Source of the DNA: Crocosphaera subtropica ATCC 51142
GTDB taxonomy: Bacteria; Cyanobacteriota; Cyanobacteriia; Cyanobacteriales; Microcystaceae
Direction: 5' to 3'
Assembly: GCF_000017845.1 (NCBI RefSeq)
Contig: NC_010546.1
Location: 720,001 to 752,000, forward strand
Length of the DNA: 32,000 nt
The position numbers and the translations under genes were made by a program. The notes beneath the pieces were generated by a model. The model ran no database searches. It had not been told where the DNA came from and was given only the letters and a program-made list of their open reading frames with translations. Position 1 is the stretch's first letter; each line of letters starts with the position of its first letter. Below, piece after piece: positions 1 to 9,972 of the stretch.

Positions 1-1127
1 AAAATAAGGTTGTTTTTGGCACGAAGCGCAAAGAAGGCAGTATTCCAGGGGTTTTAAAAGCTATCTATACCCCTTCTCGCCAAGTTCGCCCCGAAACTCA
101 TCATTATGTGAGAACTTTAGAAAATGCTGTACTGCAAGGACAAGCGGTTTATCGTCTCGCTGATCAGTTAAAGCGAGAAAACTTTATCCCGGATGTGGTC
201 TATGGTCATTCTGGGTGGGGTCCAACCTTATTTATTAAAGATATCTTTCCCAACGCAGAGTTATTGTGTTTTTTTGAATGGTTTTATCATGCTCACGGAA
301 CCGATGCCGACTTTGATCCCAAAGAACCCTTAACGGCAGATGATGAAGCCCGTATTCGTATGAAGAATACACCTATATTAACCGATTTGTATAGTTGCGA
401 TCGCGGTTTATCTCCCACACAGTGGCAAAAACAACAATTCCCCCCAGAATTTCATACTAAAATTACAGTACGTCACGATGGAGTGGATACTAACTATTTT
501 CAACCGAAACCTGGCGCAAAATTGGTCTTAAATGATAAGAAACTGGACTTATCAGAAGTTGATGAAATTGTTACTTATGTTGCTAGGGGAATGGAACCTT
601 ATCGGGGGTTTCCTCAGTTTATGGAAGCAGTTTCAATCTTATTAAAAAAACGGCCTCATTGTCACGTGGTTATTGTTGGAGAGGATAGAGTAGCTTATGG
701 GCGATCGCTACCGGATGGGAAAACCTATAAACAGTTAATGTTAGAAACTTATGATTATGATTTTTCCCGTTTACATTTTACGGGATCATTGCCTTATTCT
801 CAATATTTACAAGTGATACAAGCGTCATCAGTTCATGTTTATTTAACCCGTCCCTTTGTTTTGTCTTGGTCTATGTTGGAAGTCATGTCTACAGGAGGTT
901 TAGTTTTAGGATCAAAAACGCCTCCTGTTGAAGAAGTTATAGAAGATGAAGTTAATGGTTTATTGGTGGATTTTTTTGCTATCGATAGGATAGTAGAACG
1001 AATAGAAGAAGTGTTAGATTCTTCTGATAAAATGGCTGATTTAAGGGTTAAAGCCAGAGAAACCATCCAAGAAAAATATGATTTATCCAAGTTATTAGCT
1101 GAACATATTAAGTGGATTTATAATTAA
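1..1127 (+). CDS. Glycosyltransferase, GT-B fold family 1 (5' end outside the window)
   Basis: The frame of the 108..1127 ORF is open from base 3 to the window edge (NKVVFGTKRKEGSIPGV...), so the GTG at 108 is probably internal. The C-terminal half has the GT1 signature (FTGSLPY..., MLEVMSTGGLVLGSKTPPVEEVIEDEVNGLLVDF, E-x7-E-like). Confidence 0.75.
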   Translation, partial: NKVVFGTKRKEGSIPGVLKAIYTPSRQVRPETHHYVRTLENAVLQGQAVYRLADQLKRENFIPDVVYGHSGWGPTLFIKDIFPNAELLCFFEWFYHAHGTDADFDPKEPLTADDEARIRMKNTPILTDLYSCDRGLSPTQWQKQQFPPEFHTKITVRHDGVDTNYFQPKPGAKLVLNDKKLDLSEVDEIVTYVARGMEPYRGFPQFMEAVSILLKKRPHCHVVIVGEDRVAYGRSLPDGKTYKQLMLETYDYDFSRLHFTGSLPYSQYLQVIQASSVHVYLTRPFVLSWSMLEVMSTGGLVLGSKTPPVEEVIEDEVNGLLVDFFAIDRIVERIEEVLDSSDKMADLRVKARETIQEKYDLSKLLAEHIKWIYN

Positions 1128-1291
1128 TAAAATTTTTTTGTATTGCTTGATTGTTAAACTCCGTGTAAATACTGTTTTTATATAGTTAATATTTGTCCAT
1201 TTTTAATAAAAAATATCGTGGACATTTGCTAAATATCAGGGATACATTGACTAATATGATAATCAAGTATAAACAATACATTTAGAAAATT

Positions 1292-2503
1292 ATGGAGCGT
1301 TCTTTTAGTCCATTTAATATTTTAGAAAAAGCTGCAAGTTCTCACTATACCGGACAGCTAAGCATCAGCAGTCAAGACATTACTTGGACTCTCGACTTAG
1401 CAGAGGGAAGTTTAAAATCAGTTGTTCATTCATTACAATCACTTGCAAGCATAGAGTTATGTTTATATTCATTAGGATATGGACAAAAAACCCCTCTTAT
1501 TATCGAAGGAATGACCGAAGAAGGCTTAAATTTAGAGAAAGGTCAGTCTTTTATTCAACAATCAATTAATTGGTTAAATAAAGAATATAATCTGAGTTTA
1601 CCAGAGCAGATAAAACTCATTAATCAATTGACACAAGATGCTCTAGAATCGTTTTTTAATCTCACAAAAGCTGATTATTCTACCAGTCAGCATAAAAGTT
1701 TTATGATTTCCTCAGAACAAGGATTTAATATAGTTGAATCTTTAAAAATGTGGCGAGTCAAACAAGAATCATGGCAAAAATTTAGCCCTTTAATTACTTC
1801 CCCTCATCAACGTCCCTACTGTCCAAATTTACACACTATCAACAAGTTACTAGCTTCTAAATCTAGCCATTTATTACTAAAAATTGCTCAATTAAAAGGT
1901 AAAATTAGTATTCGACAACTCAGTATTTTAATGAAGTTAGATGATTGTCAATTGGCAGAACTTCTTTATCCTTATCTCCGTTCAAAAGTTTTACAACTTC
2001 ATACACCTGTATCCCCTTTCGATCAACTCCCTAACCTTTCATCATCTCCTAAATTTTTGAGAGCAAATAATCCTTTATTAAAAGGATTAAAGAAAAGTCC
2101 GTCTATTAATCAAATTGAGGAAATTCATGAACCATCTAAATGTCATAAAATTGTTTGTATTGATGATAGTGAAACAGTATTAAATACCTTTAAACGATAT
2201 TTAAACTCAGATAATATTGAACTTTTCACCTTGTCTAACCCTACACTTGCCATTAATAAATTATTTGAAATTAAACCAGATTTATTGTTGGTTGACATTG
2301 CTATGCCGGGTATTAATGGAGATCAACTCTCTAAAATATTGAAGCGTAGTAGTGCTTTTCAAAATCTTCCTATTATCATTGTTAGTGCTGATACCAATAA
2401 AATTAAAGACGCACAAGAAAAAGGAAATATTGCCAATGATTTTTTAGCAAAGCCTTTTAGTCAGGACGATCTAATGACCATTATCAAGAAACACCTAAAA
2501 TAA
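1292..2503 (+). CDS. PatA-type (PATAN + receiver) response regulator, PixG/PilG/HmpA-like
   Basis: C-terminal receiver domain (KIVCIDDSETV, DLLLVDIAMPGINGDQL, IIIVSAD, FLAKPF) follows a ~270-aa N-terminal region, as in cyanobacterial PatA-family regulators. It is the first gene of a PatA-CheY-CheW-MCP-CheA operon. Confidence 0.8.
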   Translation: MERSFSPFNILEKAASSHYTGQLSISSQDITWTLDLAEGSLKSVVHSLQSLASIELCLYSLGYGQKTPLIIEGMTEEGLNLEKGQSFIQQSINWLNKEYNLSLPEQIKLINQLTQDALESFFNLTKADYSTSQHKSFMISSEQGFNIVESLKMWRVKQESWQKFSPLITSPHQRPYCPNLHTINKLLASKSSHLLLKIAQLKGKISIRQLSILMKLDDCQLAELLYPYLRSKVLQLHTPVSPFDQLPNLSSSPKFLRANNPLLKGLKKSPSINQIEEIHEPSKCHKIVCIDDSETVLNTFKRYLNSDNIELFTLSNPTLAINKLFEIKPDLLLVDIAMPGINGDQLSKILKRSSAFQNLPIIIVSADTNKIKDAQEKGNIANDFLAKPFSQDDLMTIIKKHLK

Positions 2504-2627
2504 AAAAATATCGTTATATCAAAACCTGAGTTTTCACGGAGGAAAACTATGCATAATTGGGATAAAGTTAAAAGAGTTAATCCTCTGTAATTTCTTCTTT
2601 TTACAATCTTAATCTTCTGTAATTACC

Positions 2628-2990
2628 ATGAAAAATATCTTAATTATCGATGACATACAATCTGAATTAACTCTGCTAAAAAACTATTTAACTAAAGCAG
2701 GTTATACCGTTGTAACAGCGACCAATGGACAAGAAGCTTTAGAGAAAATCTCTCAGAAAAAACCTGATGTTATTGTTACAGATTTGATGATGCCAGATAT
2801 GGGAGGATTAGATTTATGTCGTAAGCTAAAAAAACAAACGGATACGGTTGATATTCCCATCGTTGCTTGTAGCGCAAAAAATAGAGAAGTCGATAAAATG
2901 TGGGCTTTTAAACAAGGGGTGAAAGCTTATGTAACTAAACCCTGCACTCAAGAAGACTTGGTGGATGTTTTGCAGTCAGTTACAGCATAA
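2628..2990 (+). CDS. Single-domain CheY-like response regulator (PixH/PilH-like)
   Basis: 120 aa, entirely a receiver domain: ILIIDD, DVIVTDLMMPDMGGLDL, IVACSAK, AYVTKP. Confidence 0.9.
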   Translation: MKNILIIDDIQSELTLLKNYLTKAGYTVVTATNGQEALEKISQKKPDVIVTDLMMPDMGGLDLCRKLKKQTDTVDIPIVACSAKNREVDKMWAFKQGVKAYVTKPCTQEDLVDVLQSVTA

Positions 2991-2996
2991 AAAAGG

Positions 2997-3521
2997 ATGT
3001 CATCAACCAATTTATCAACTAAGTTAGAAACCTTACTACCTCACTTATTCAACCCCCAAACCATTCCAGGGGAACCCTACTTACGGTTTCAATTAACATC
3101 GGAAATATCAGGGGTTATTTCGATGGATAAGGTACAAGAAACTATTGTTATTCCTTCATCACAAATCACCCCTATTCCTAATATGAAAGGGTCATTTATA
3201 GGATTAATGAATGGTCATCATTCTATTTTTTCTGTTTTTGATTTTGCCCAATTGTTGAACCTTTCGGCTTCTTATTCATCTTCGCAGTTACTACATCTTA
3301 TTATTGTACGCTTACCCTTCAAAAATAATTCAAATGAATCATTATTAGGGTTATCGGTACAACAAATTTTAGGACTTACTCGACTATCTCAAGATAGTTT
3401 AGAACCCTTAACAAAGAATGTTCCTCAAGAATTATTACCTGTCATATCGGGGTACTTTCTAAATCATGAGAAGCAGATTTTTTCTTTTGATTTGGAAAAA
3501 ATTATAACAGCTTGTTTTTAG
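2997..3521 (+). CDS. cheW: CheW-like coupling protein (PixI/PilI-like)
   Basis: 174 aa with a CheW-like pattern (YLRFQL..., VQETIVIP...ITPIPNM...FIGLMN..., GLSVQQILGL). It starts 7 nt after the CheY stop and sits between the CheY and MCP genes. Confidence 0.8.
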   Translation: MSSTNLSTKLETLLPHLFNPQTIPGEPYLRFQLTSEISGVISMDKVQETIVIPSSQITPIPNMKGSFIGLMNGHHSIFSVFDFAQLLNLSASYSSSQLLHLIIVRLPFKNNSNESLLGLSVQQILGLTRLSQDSLEPLTKNVPQELLPVISGYFLNHEKQIFSFDLEKIITACF

Positions 3522-3537
3522 AGAATGTTCTACTGAT

Positions 3538-3680
3538 ATCTTGCACCAGTACAGGAAAACTCAATAACCAAGGACAGAAAATCAATTCTTAAGAAGTTAC
3601 CGTCAAAATAAACTCTGTTTCCTGTTCCCCGTTCCCTGTTTTCTACCTAAAGGAGCTTCGTTTGAGCGAAGGTGCAAGAT
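3538..3680 (-). repeat. MITE-like repeat copy with 10-bp perfect terminal inverted repeat
   Basis: ATCTTGCACC (3538-3547) is the exact reverse complement of GGTGCAAGAT (3671-3680). The interior (AATCAATTCTTAAGAAGTTAC...CTGTTTCCTGTTCCCCGTTCCCTG) aligns by eye with the reverse complement of the 27587-27693 element. It lies in the CheW-MCP spacer. Confidence 0.5.
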
Positions 3681-3779
3681 GTGAGTCTAGCTGTTTTTTC
3701 TACCCCCTGAAACAGCATGGGGGTATCTCTATTCTACACAATTAAATCTTTAATCATAAATTTTATCAAAATTAAAACC

Positions 3780-6209
3780 ATGACAACTCATCAAGATTTT
3801 CTCTCCCCCTCTAATAACCATGAGATCATAGATTTATCTTCTGAAAAAAGTTTTGAAGAAACTAATAATCAAACTTCAAATAAATCTATTAGAAAAGTTA
3901 CTAAAATTATCGGAAATAGCTTACGAAGTCGATTATTGATGACAGTCTTACCTACTGTTTTAGTCCCTTTAGGGGTGGCTAGTTTAGTAGGATTTAAGAT
4001 TATTCAACAAAAAGCACAGTCTGAAATTTTATCACAACTTCAACAAAATTTAATCCGTTCCCAAGACGAAGCAGAAACTTTCATTAAAGATAACTTTACT
4101 TTAACTGATTTAGTGGCAGCTAATCCTTTAGTAATTGATGAGTTACGATCCATTAATAATGATCCTGAAACACAAAAACTATCTTTAGTTCCCATCGAAA
4201 CCTTAGAAAAGTCCTTTAATGAAACAAAATTATTAAAATCCAATCCTGCGATAAATACTTATCTTCAACAATTAGTAAAAACAGGGAAAATTGCTGAAGT
4301 TTTTATCACTAATAGTGATGGATTTAATGTGGCTTATAGTAACCCTACTTCTGACTTTGTACAACGAGATGAAAGTTGGTGGCAAACTGCCGAAAAAGAA
4401 GGGATTTCCGTTGATGATCCTGAGTACGATGACTCAGCAAAAGCAGTGGTTGTTGCATTAGCAGAAGCCATTAAAGATCCCAATACAGGGGATGTATTAG
4501 GGGTGATTAAAACCGGGGTATTGGCTGATAGATTAAATGAGAGATTAACAGATAACGTCAGTTCTAATTTAAGAGAAACTGAGGAGATACAAATCATTTC
4601 TTCTCAAGCCGGTATTCCTTTAAATACTGTTAATCAACAAGGGAGTGATTCTGAAGTTCAAACTATTATTGGAGGGGATAATCTTCTGACCTTTATTAAA
4701 GAAATTGTCAGTTTAAATAACAGTGAGTCAACCATCAATTCAGAAGAAATCAAAAATTTAGAACAACAGTATAATTTATTTGATTTAACCTTTAAAACTC
4801 TAGAGAATAGTGATAACAAGCAAAAGACCTTATTAGCTGAATTTAAACAAGACGGTAAAATTTTTAATTTATCAACCATTCCTGGGGTTGATTGGGTGGC
4901 AGTTGCTTCTATTAATCAATCTGAAATTGCAATGGCAGGTCAGGAATTATTAATTGTTTTTGCCATTACCGCCATAATTTTAGGGGGTTTAAGTGTTGGT
5001 TTAATTATTCTTTTAGCCCGTAATTTATCCAATCCTTTAACTAACTTAACCAATAAAGCGCAACAGGTAGCATCAGGAGATTTGAACGTTCAAGCAGAAT
5101 TAGCAGGAACCTTTGAAATTAAAACCTTAGCTAATAGTTTTAATGACTTGGTTTTAAAAGTTAAAACCTTATTAAACCAGCAAGAATTAGCAACAGAAGA
5201 ACAACGAGAACAACGAGAAAATATCGAAAACGCTATTATAACACTGGTGGACGAAATTGAAGGAGCAGCAGATGGGGATTTAACTGTAAGAGCAAGTTTA
5301 GACTCTCTAGAATTAAGTACCGTTGCTGACTTATTCAACTTAATTATTGAGAACTTAAAAGACATTGCTACAGAAGTAAAACAGTCTACTAATAAAGTAA
5401 GTCACTCCTTAGAAACTAACGAACATTCTATTAGAAAACTTGCCGAACAATCTATTCAAGACGTAGAAGAAATTCAAAAAACATTGACTTCTATTGAACA
5501 AATGTCTCAGTCGATCGAAGAAGTCACTAATAATGCTGCCCATGCTGCCCAAAGTTCTGAAGAAGCTTATCAAGAAGTACAAAAAGGCAGTAATGCGATG
5601 GAAACAACCGTAACCAGTATTCTTACGCTGAAAAACACCGTTAACGACACGGCGCAAAAAATGAAGCATCTAGGAGAGTCATCTCAGCGTATTTCTCAGG
5701 TGGTTGCTATCATCGAAGAGATTGCCCTCAAAACCAATTTACTCGCCATTAACGCCAGTGTAGAAGCCCGACGGGCAGGGGAACAAGGTCAAGGCTTCAC
5801 CGTGGTTGCTGAACAAGTAGGGGCATTAGCGGAACAGTCTTCCAACGCAACTAAAGAAATTGGTCAAATTATTGCAGCAATTCAACGAGAAACCCAAGAG
5901 GTAGCGACTCAGATGGAAACGGGTACAACTCAGGTGGTTGATGCTTCCCGTTTAGTAGAGACAACTCAAGCTTATCTGACTAAAGCGAGTCAAAAATCTC
6001 AAGAAATTAATCAATTAATGCAGTCTATTTCTCAAGCAACCATTTCCCAAAGTGAAACCTCTCAAATAGTGACCAATTTGATGCAAAAAGTAAGTCAATC
6101 ATCCCAAGATAAAGCCAGTTCTTCTAATCAAATTGCTGAAGCCATTCATCAAACAACAGAAGTAGCCAAAGACCTGGAGTCTAAGGTGGATCAGTTCCGT
6201 GTTAATTAA
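3780..6209 (+). CDS. Methyl-accepting chemotaxis protein with periplasmic Cache-like sensor, HAMP and MCP signalling domain (PilJ/HmpD-like)
   Basis: Two TM segments ([21 protein letters not shown]; [24 protein letters not shown]) flank a ~300-aa region with a Cache-like motif ([25 protein letters not shown]). A HAMP domain follows TM2. The conserved MCP hairpin is present ([43 protein letters not shown]). The ORF track starts at 3717, but ATG 3780 (MTTHQDF) is more plausible because the upstream 21 codons look like AT-rich read-through. Confidence 0.9.
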   Translation: MTTHQDFLSPSNNHEIIDLSSEKSFEETNNQTSNKSIRKVTKIIGNSLRSRLLMTVLPTVLVPLGVASLVGFKIIQQKAQSEILSQLQQNLIRSQDEAETFIKDNFTLTDLVAANPLVIDELRSINNDPETQKLSLVPIETLEKSFNETKLLKSNPAINTYLQQLVKTGKIAEVFITNSDGFNVAYSNPTSDFVQRDESWWQTAEKEGISVDDPEYDDSAKAVVVALAEAIKDPNTGDVLGVIKTGVLADRLNERLTDNVSSNLRETEEIQIISSQAGIPLNTVNQQGSDSEVQTIIGGDNLLTFIKEIVSLNNSESTINSEEIKNLEQQYNLFDLTFKTLENSDNKQKTLLAEFKQDGKIFNLSTIPGVDWVAVASINQSEIAMAGQELLIVFAITAIILGGLSVGLIILLARNLSNPLTNLTNKAQQVASGDLNVQAELAGTFEIKTLANSFNDLVLKVKTLLNQQELATEEQREQRENIENAIITLVDEIEGAADGDLTVRASLDSLELSTVADLFNLIIENLKDIATEVKQSTNKVSHSLETNEHSIRKLAEQSIQDVEEIQKTLTSIEQMSQSIEEVTNNAAHAAQSSEEAYQEVQKGSNAMETTVTSILTLKNTVNDTAQKMKHLGESSQRISQVVAIIEEIALKTNLLAINASVEARRAGEQGQGFTVVAEQVGALAEQSSNATKEIGQIIAAIQRETQEVATQMETGTTQVVDASRLVETTQAYLTKASQKSQEINQLMQSISQATISQSETSQIVTNLMQKVSQSSQDKASSSNQIAEAIHQTTEVAKDLESKVDQFRVN

Positions 6210-6287
6210 TGGATTTATTTATCAATAATTATGTAGAAGTGATCTATATTTAACTCCTGCATTAGTTTTATATAATAGTGAGATAAA

Positions 6288-9143
6288 ATGATGGAAACTG
6301 AACAGCAAGTACGTTTGAATTTTTTAGAAGAAGCCGAAGCTTTCTTAGACAGCTTAGAATCTGTTTTACTACAATTATCTACTGTAGCCGTCGAAATCAA
6401 ACAACTGGACTTGGCTTTGCGTGCTGCCCATTCTCTTAAGGGAGGGGCTTCTATGATGGGGTTTAATATTTTAAGTCAAGTTGCCCATCGTTTAGAAGAT
6501 TTCTTGAAAATTATCCGTGTTCGTCATCAACATCAATTACTAAAAGTTGAAATCGAAACCTTACTATTGCAAGGGTTAGATGCTTTGCGTCAAATTAGTG
6601 AGTTTCATCAGCAAGGACAAGAAATTAATCCTATTTGGTTAGAAAAAAATGTTGATCCCATTTTTGATCAGTTAACTGAATATTTAGGCGAGTTACAATC
6701 TGAAGATGAAGACGCTTTATTATCTCAAGAAGAAGAGGTTAACCCTGCTTTATTAATGTTTGAAAATGGAGTAGAAACCCTCCTTGAACAGTTAGAAACT
6801 CAGTTAACTTTATTAGAACCAGAACAATTATATGACGAATTAATGAGTATTTCAGAACAACTGATTGAGTTTGGTTTAATGGCCGAAGTTAACTCATTTA
6901 TTAACTTATCCCAATCCGTTAAAGAACAATTATCATTGATTACCATTGAAGAGGTTTTTTCCTTTGCAAAAGAAGCCCTAGAAACTTGGCAGCGATCGCA
7001 CGCTTTAATTATTCTAGGCCGTTTAGATAATCTTCCTACCATATTAGACTTTTCTCCTAATTCTTCAGTTGAATTAAATTTACTAGATGAATTACAAGGT
7101 TTAGAAAACTTAGAGAATGATCCCTTAAAAGATATATCTTTTAGCGAATTAGCATCTAGTATGTTAGGAGAAGAAACATTTAATGATTTGCAAGAAGCAT
7201 TTACCCAAGCTATAGAAGAACAAAAAGAATCTTCTGAAGAATCAGAAAATAGTCAAAATCAATCAAATATAAAACAAAATCAAAGAAACTTTCGTATATC
7301 GGGTCAACAAATTTCTGCATTTAATCGCTTATTTGAAGACTTAATACTTGAAAGAAATAGTATTAATTTTAGAGTCGATCAACTTAAAAATTTTATGACC
7401 TTAATGTGGCAAAGAATGCAAAGCTTAGAAGATTCTAATACTTTGTTACGTCGCTGGTATGATGCCGTATCCTTGAATTACAAACTGCCTCAACTGGTTA
7501 ATCATTCTCCTCAACCTGTTGTAGCAAATGTCACTTTATCTTCTTTTAAAACTAATTTAAAAGAAAATTTTGATGTCATGGAGATGGCACAATATACCGA
7601 TTTACATTTAATTTCCCAAGAACAAATGGAAACCATTGTTCAATTACGAGAAGTAGCAACAGACATCGATTTAGGCTTTAAAGAACTTACTCAAAGTGTC
7701 AGCGAATTTAATCAGACAACCCACTTTTTGTATGATAATTTAATTCGTTCACAAATGCGTCCTTTCGGTGAGATTACACAACGGTTCCCTAGAGTAATTA
7801 GAGACTTATCAGTACAGTTTAATAAAACAGTAAAGTTACAACTAAAAGGAGAAACGACCTTAATTGATAGTTCAGTTTTGAACCATATAAATGATCCTTT
7901 GATTCATCTTTTACGAAATGCTTTTGATCATGGCATTGAAGATAAAAAAACTCGTTTAGAAGCAGGTAAAATTATAGAAGGAACGATTACGATAGAAGCT
8001 AATAATAGAGGCAATCAAACGATTATTACCGTAAGTGATGATGGTCAAGGAATTGATTTAAGTAAAATTTCTTCTCGTTTAATTTCTCAAGGAATGAGTA
8101 AAGAACAGGTTGAATTACTATCAGAAAAAGAATTACTCAATCAAATTTTTGAGCCAGGATTTAGTACCGCCGAGAAAATCAGCGAATTATCGGGTCGTGG
8201 CGTAGGAATGGATATTGTAAAGACGAATTTAACCGAAGTCCGTGGAGAAATAGCTGTAAATAGTAAATTAGGTTTAGGCACTACTTTTACCCTTACCGTT
8301 CCCATCAACCTATCCGTGTTGCGTGTCATGATAGTTGAAAGCAAAGGGATGGTCTTTGCGATCGCTGCTGACAGTATTAAAGGAGTTATTCAGCACCATC
8401 CCGAAGAAAATACAGTAATGTGGGGAGATAAACTGATTCCTGTCCTTAATTTACCCGAAAAATTTCACTTTTCTCGACCCAATAAACCCTTTACCATGAC
8501 AGGGACTCCGATGATTAACCGCAGTATTGCCTTAATTATAGAAGACGGTAACACCCTGCGAGGCGTTTCTGTAGACCGTTTCTGGGTTGAGGAGGATATG
8601 ACCGTTCGTCCCATTGCCACACCCATTCCTTTGCCTCCTGGCTTTAATCAGTCTATCATCTGGGGAGATGGTCGTGTGATTCCTCTGATTGATTTGGCGG
8701 AATGGGTTAACTCCTTTGATAATCATGCTCAAACAATAAACACTATAGAAGATAATTCTGTGGTTGTAGAACAAACATCCACCATTTTAATTGTAGATGA
8801 TTCGATTAATGTCCGTCGCTATTTAATGATTATGTTGAACAAAGCAGGGTATCAAGTAGAAGAAGCAAAAGATGGTCAAGAAGCAGTGGATAAATTATTC
8901 AATGGGTTACAAGTCAACGCTGTAATTTCTGACTTAGAAATGCCTCGTTTGGATGGATATGGGGTCTTAGAAATGGTAAAACAAGATACCCGATTTGAAC
9001 AATTACCAATTATTATATTAACTTCCCGTAGTCAAGAAAAACACCGTAAATTAGCCATGAATTTAGGAGCATCTGCTTACTTTTCTAAACCTTATACCGA
9101 ACAAAAGTTATTAGATACTTTAGAAGAGTTATTAATGAATTAA
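6288..9143 (+). CDS. cheA: Hybrid CheA-type histidine kinase (Hpt - kinase core - CheW domain - receiver), PilL/HmpE-like
   Basis: Hpt motif AAHSLKGGASMMG; N box DPLIHLLRNAFDHGIE; G1 VSDDGQGID; G2 GRGVGMDIV. A CheW-like region (VMIVESKGMVFAI...) and a C-terminal receiver (ILIVDDSINVRR, AVISDLEMPRLDG, IIILTSRS, YFSKPY) follow. Confidence 0.9.
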   Translation: MMETEQQVRLNFLEEAEAFLDSLESVLLQLSTVAVEIKQLDLALRAAHSLKGGASMMGFNILSQVAHRLEDFLKIIRVRHQHQLLKVEIETLLLQGLDALRQISEFHQQGQEINPIWLEKNVDPIFDQLTEYLGELQSEDEDALLSQEEEVNPALLMFENGVETLLEQLETQLTLLEPEQLYDELMSISEQLIEFGLMAEVNSFINLSQSVKEQLSLITIEEVFSFAKEALETWQRSHALIILGRLDNLPTILDFSPNSSVELNLLDELQGLENLENDPLKDISFSELASSMLGEETFNDLQEAFTQAIEEQKESSEESENSQNQSNIKQNQRNFRISGQQISAFNRLFEDLILERNSINFRVDQLKNFMTLMWQRMQSLEDSNTLLRRWYDAVSLNYKLPQLVNHSPQPVVANVTLSSFKTNLKENFDVMEMAQYTDLHLISQEQMETIVQLREVATDIDLGFKELTQSVSEFNQTTHFLYDNLIRSQMRPFGEITQRFPRVIRDLSVQFNKTVKLQLKGETTLIDSSVLNHINDPLIHLLRNAFDHGIEDKKTRLEAGKIIEGTITIEANNRGNQTIITVSDDGQGIDLSKISSRLISQGMSKEQVELLSEKELLNQIFEPGFSTAEKISELSGRGVGMDIVKTNLTEVRGEIAVNSKLGLGTTFTLTVPINLSVLRVMIVESKGMVFAIAADSIKGVIQHHPEENTVMWGDKLIPVLNLPEKFHFSRPNKPFTMTGTPMINRSIALIIEDGNTLRGVSVDRFWVEEDMTVRPIATPIPLPPGFNQSIIWGDGRVIPLIDLAEWVNSFDNHAQTINTIEDNSVVVEQTSTILIVDDSINVRRYLMIMLNKAGYQVEEAKDGQEAVDKLFNGLQVNAVISDLEMPRLDGYGVLEMVKQDTRFEQLPIIILTSRSQEKHRKLAMNLGASAYFSKPYTEQKLLDTLEELLMN

Positions 9144-9212
9144 TGTTATCATTGATTAATAAAGAAAAGATGGCTTATGGAACTTTAGAAAAGTGACTAA
9201 ATGGTTTAACAT

Positions 9213-9344
9213 AAATATAGTTAACTGTCTTAAGAAATATAGATAAGTCATAACCCCTTAAGGTGCGCTTTCCAATAGACAGCGAACCTCTCCCTTTGCT
9301 CCCCCGCTCATTTCACAGTAATATTTATTTTTGGCCAGTTACTT
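9213..9344 (-). repeat. MITE-like repeat copy (same family as 27587..27693)
   Basis: The reverse complement reads AAGTAACTGGCCAAAAATAAATATTACTGTGAAATGAGCGGGGGAGCAAAGGGAGAGG...ATATTTCTTAAGACAGTTAACTATATTT. Copy 27587 reads AAGTACCTGGACAAAAATCAACGTTACTGTGAAGTGAGCAGCGAGCAGAGGAAGCAGGGAGAAGG...ACATTTTTTAAGACAGTTGATTATATTC. Confidence 0.7.
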
Positions 9345-9907
9345 ACTTGTCCAAGTTTATTTAAAAGCATCTTTTTATAAGCATCAGACAAAGATCCTGT
9401 TTCATAAGCCAATTTAAAAGTATCAGTTAACTTAAATTCAAGGGTAGCTAGTTGGTTTTTATCCTTTGAATTAAACCCTTTTAGTTTTAAAGTATTACCT
9501 CTAAACTGCCATTCTCCTTGCCAAGTGATATCTTCAACGCTTTTTTTATCTTGATAAATACGATGTCTTGCTAAAAAACTACCATCAGGACGAAATTGAT
9601 AACCATAATAAACCGTTAATCCCTCAGATTCATGAAACCCACGCCAAAGGCCAATAATGAAATTACCGTGATCAATAATATTAGGAGAATCCTCAGAATT
9701 AATATTATCTTCTTCTTGACTGGTTAACAGTGAGTTAGCCAAATATATTGTCTGGTTAGTCTTTAAATAATTTAGCTGTTCCCTCTCTTGATGTGCGTTT
9801 CCTATTTCCTGTTCCCTATTCTTATTGAGAGACTCCCTTCTAATGTCCCCAGAAAAAAGCAAAAAGTTTAAGCAACAATAACAAAACAAACAAAAATAAT
9901 TGATCAT
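9308..9907 (-). CDS. Hypothetical protein with hydrophobic N-terminus; last 12 codons and stop lie inside a repeat element
   Basis: 199-aa ORF with no motif I recognise. The N-terminus MINYFCLFCYCCLNFLLFSG is signal/anchor-like. The region encoding NKNREQEIGNAHQEREQ overlaps a CT-rich repeat-like stretch (about 9780-9835), so the 5' part is uncertain. Confidence 0.45.
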   Translation of the reverse strand: MINYFCLFCYCCLNFLLFSGDIRRESLNKNREQEIGNAHQEREQLNYLKTNQTIYLANSLLTSQEEDNINSEDSPNIIDHGNFIIGLWRGFHESEGLTVYYGYQFRPDGSFLARHRIYQDKKSVEDITWQGEWQFRGNTLKLKGFNSKDKNQLATLEFKLTDTFKLAYETGSLSDAYKKMLLNKLGQVSNWPKINITVK

Positions 9908-9972
9908 TTGTCGGTCAATATCGTTAATAATAGATAATATAAGGGGACGAAGGCCATGCTATCAGAGGAATT

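Noticed and set aside
1186-1236. Inverted hexamers TGTCCA ... TGGACA upstream of the chemosensory operon
   Set aside because: There are only 6-7 matching bases about 22 bp apart in AT-rich DNA, which is within chance expectation.
839-1569. ORFs 839..1090 (-) and 1384..1569 (+)
   Set aside because: The first is antisense to the glycosyltransferase. The second is out of frame inside the PatA-type regulator gene. Neither has motifs or plausible starts.
3717-3779. N-terminal 21-codon extension of the MCP in the ORF track
   Set aside because: The extension translates to [21 protein letters not shown], typical of AT-rich leader read-through. ATG 3780 gives a conventional cytoplasmic N-terminus. 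Either start remains possible.
4040-5669. Minus-strand ORFs 4040..4243, 4334..4597, 4658..4879, 5090..5365 and 5409..5669 inside the MCP gene
   Set aside because: They lie entirely antisense to a CDS with strong MCP motifs. Their products are low-complexity Ser/Leu/Lys-rich with no motifs. They are typical shadow ORFs.
6215-8774. Minus-strand ORFs 6215..6400, 6800..7042, 8141..8344 and 8532..8774 overlapping the cheA-like gene and its start region
   Set aside because: They are antisense to a well-supported hybrid CheA with no recognisable features of their own.
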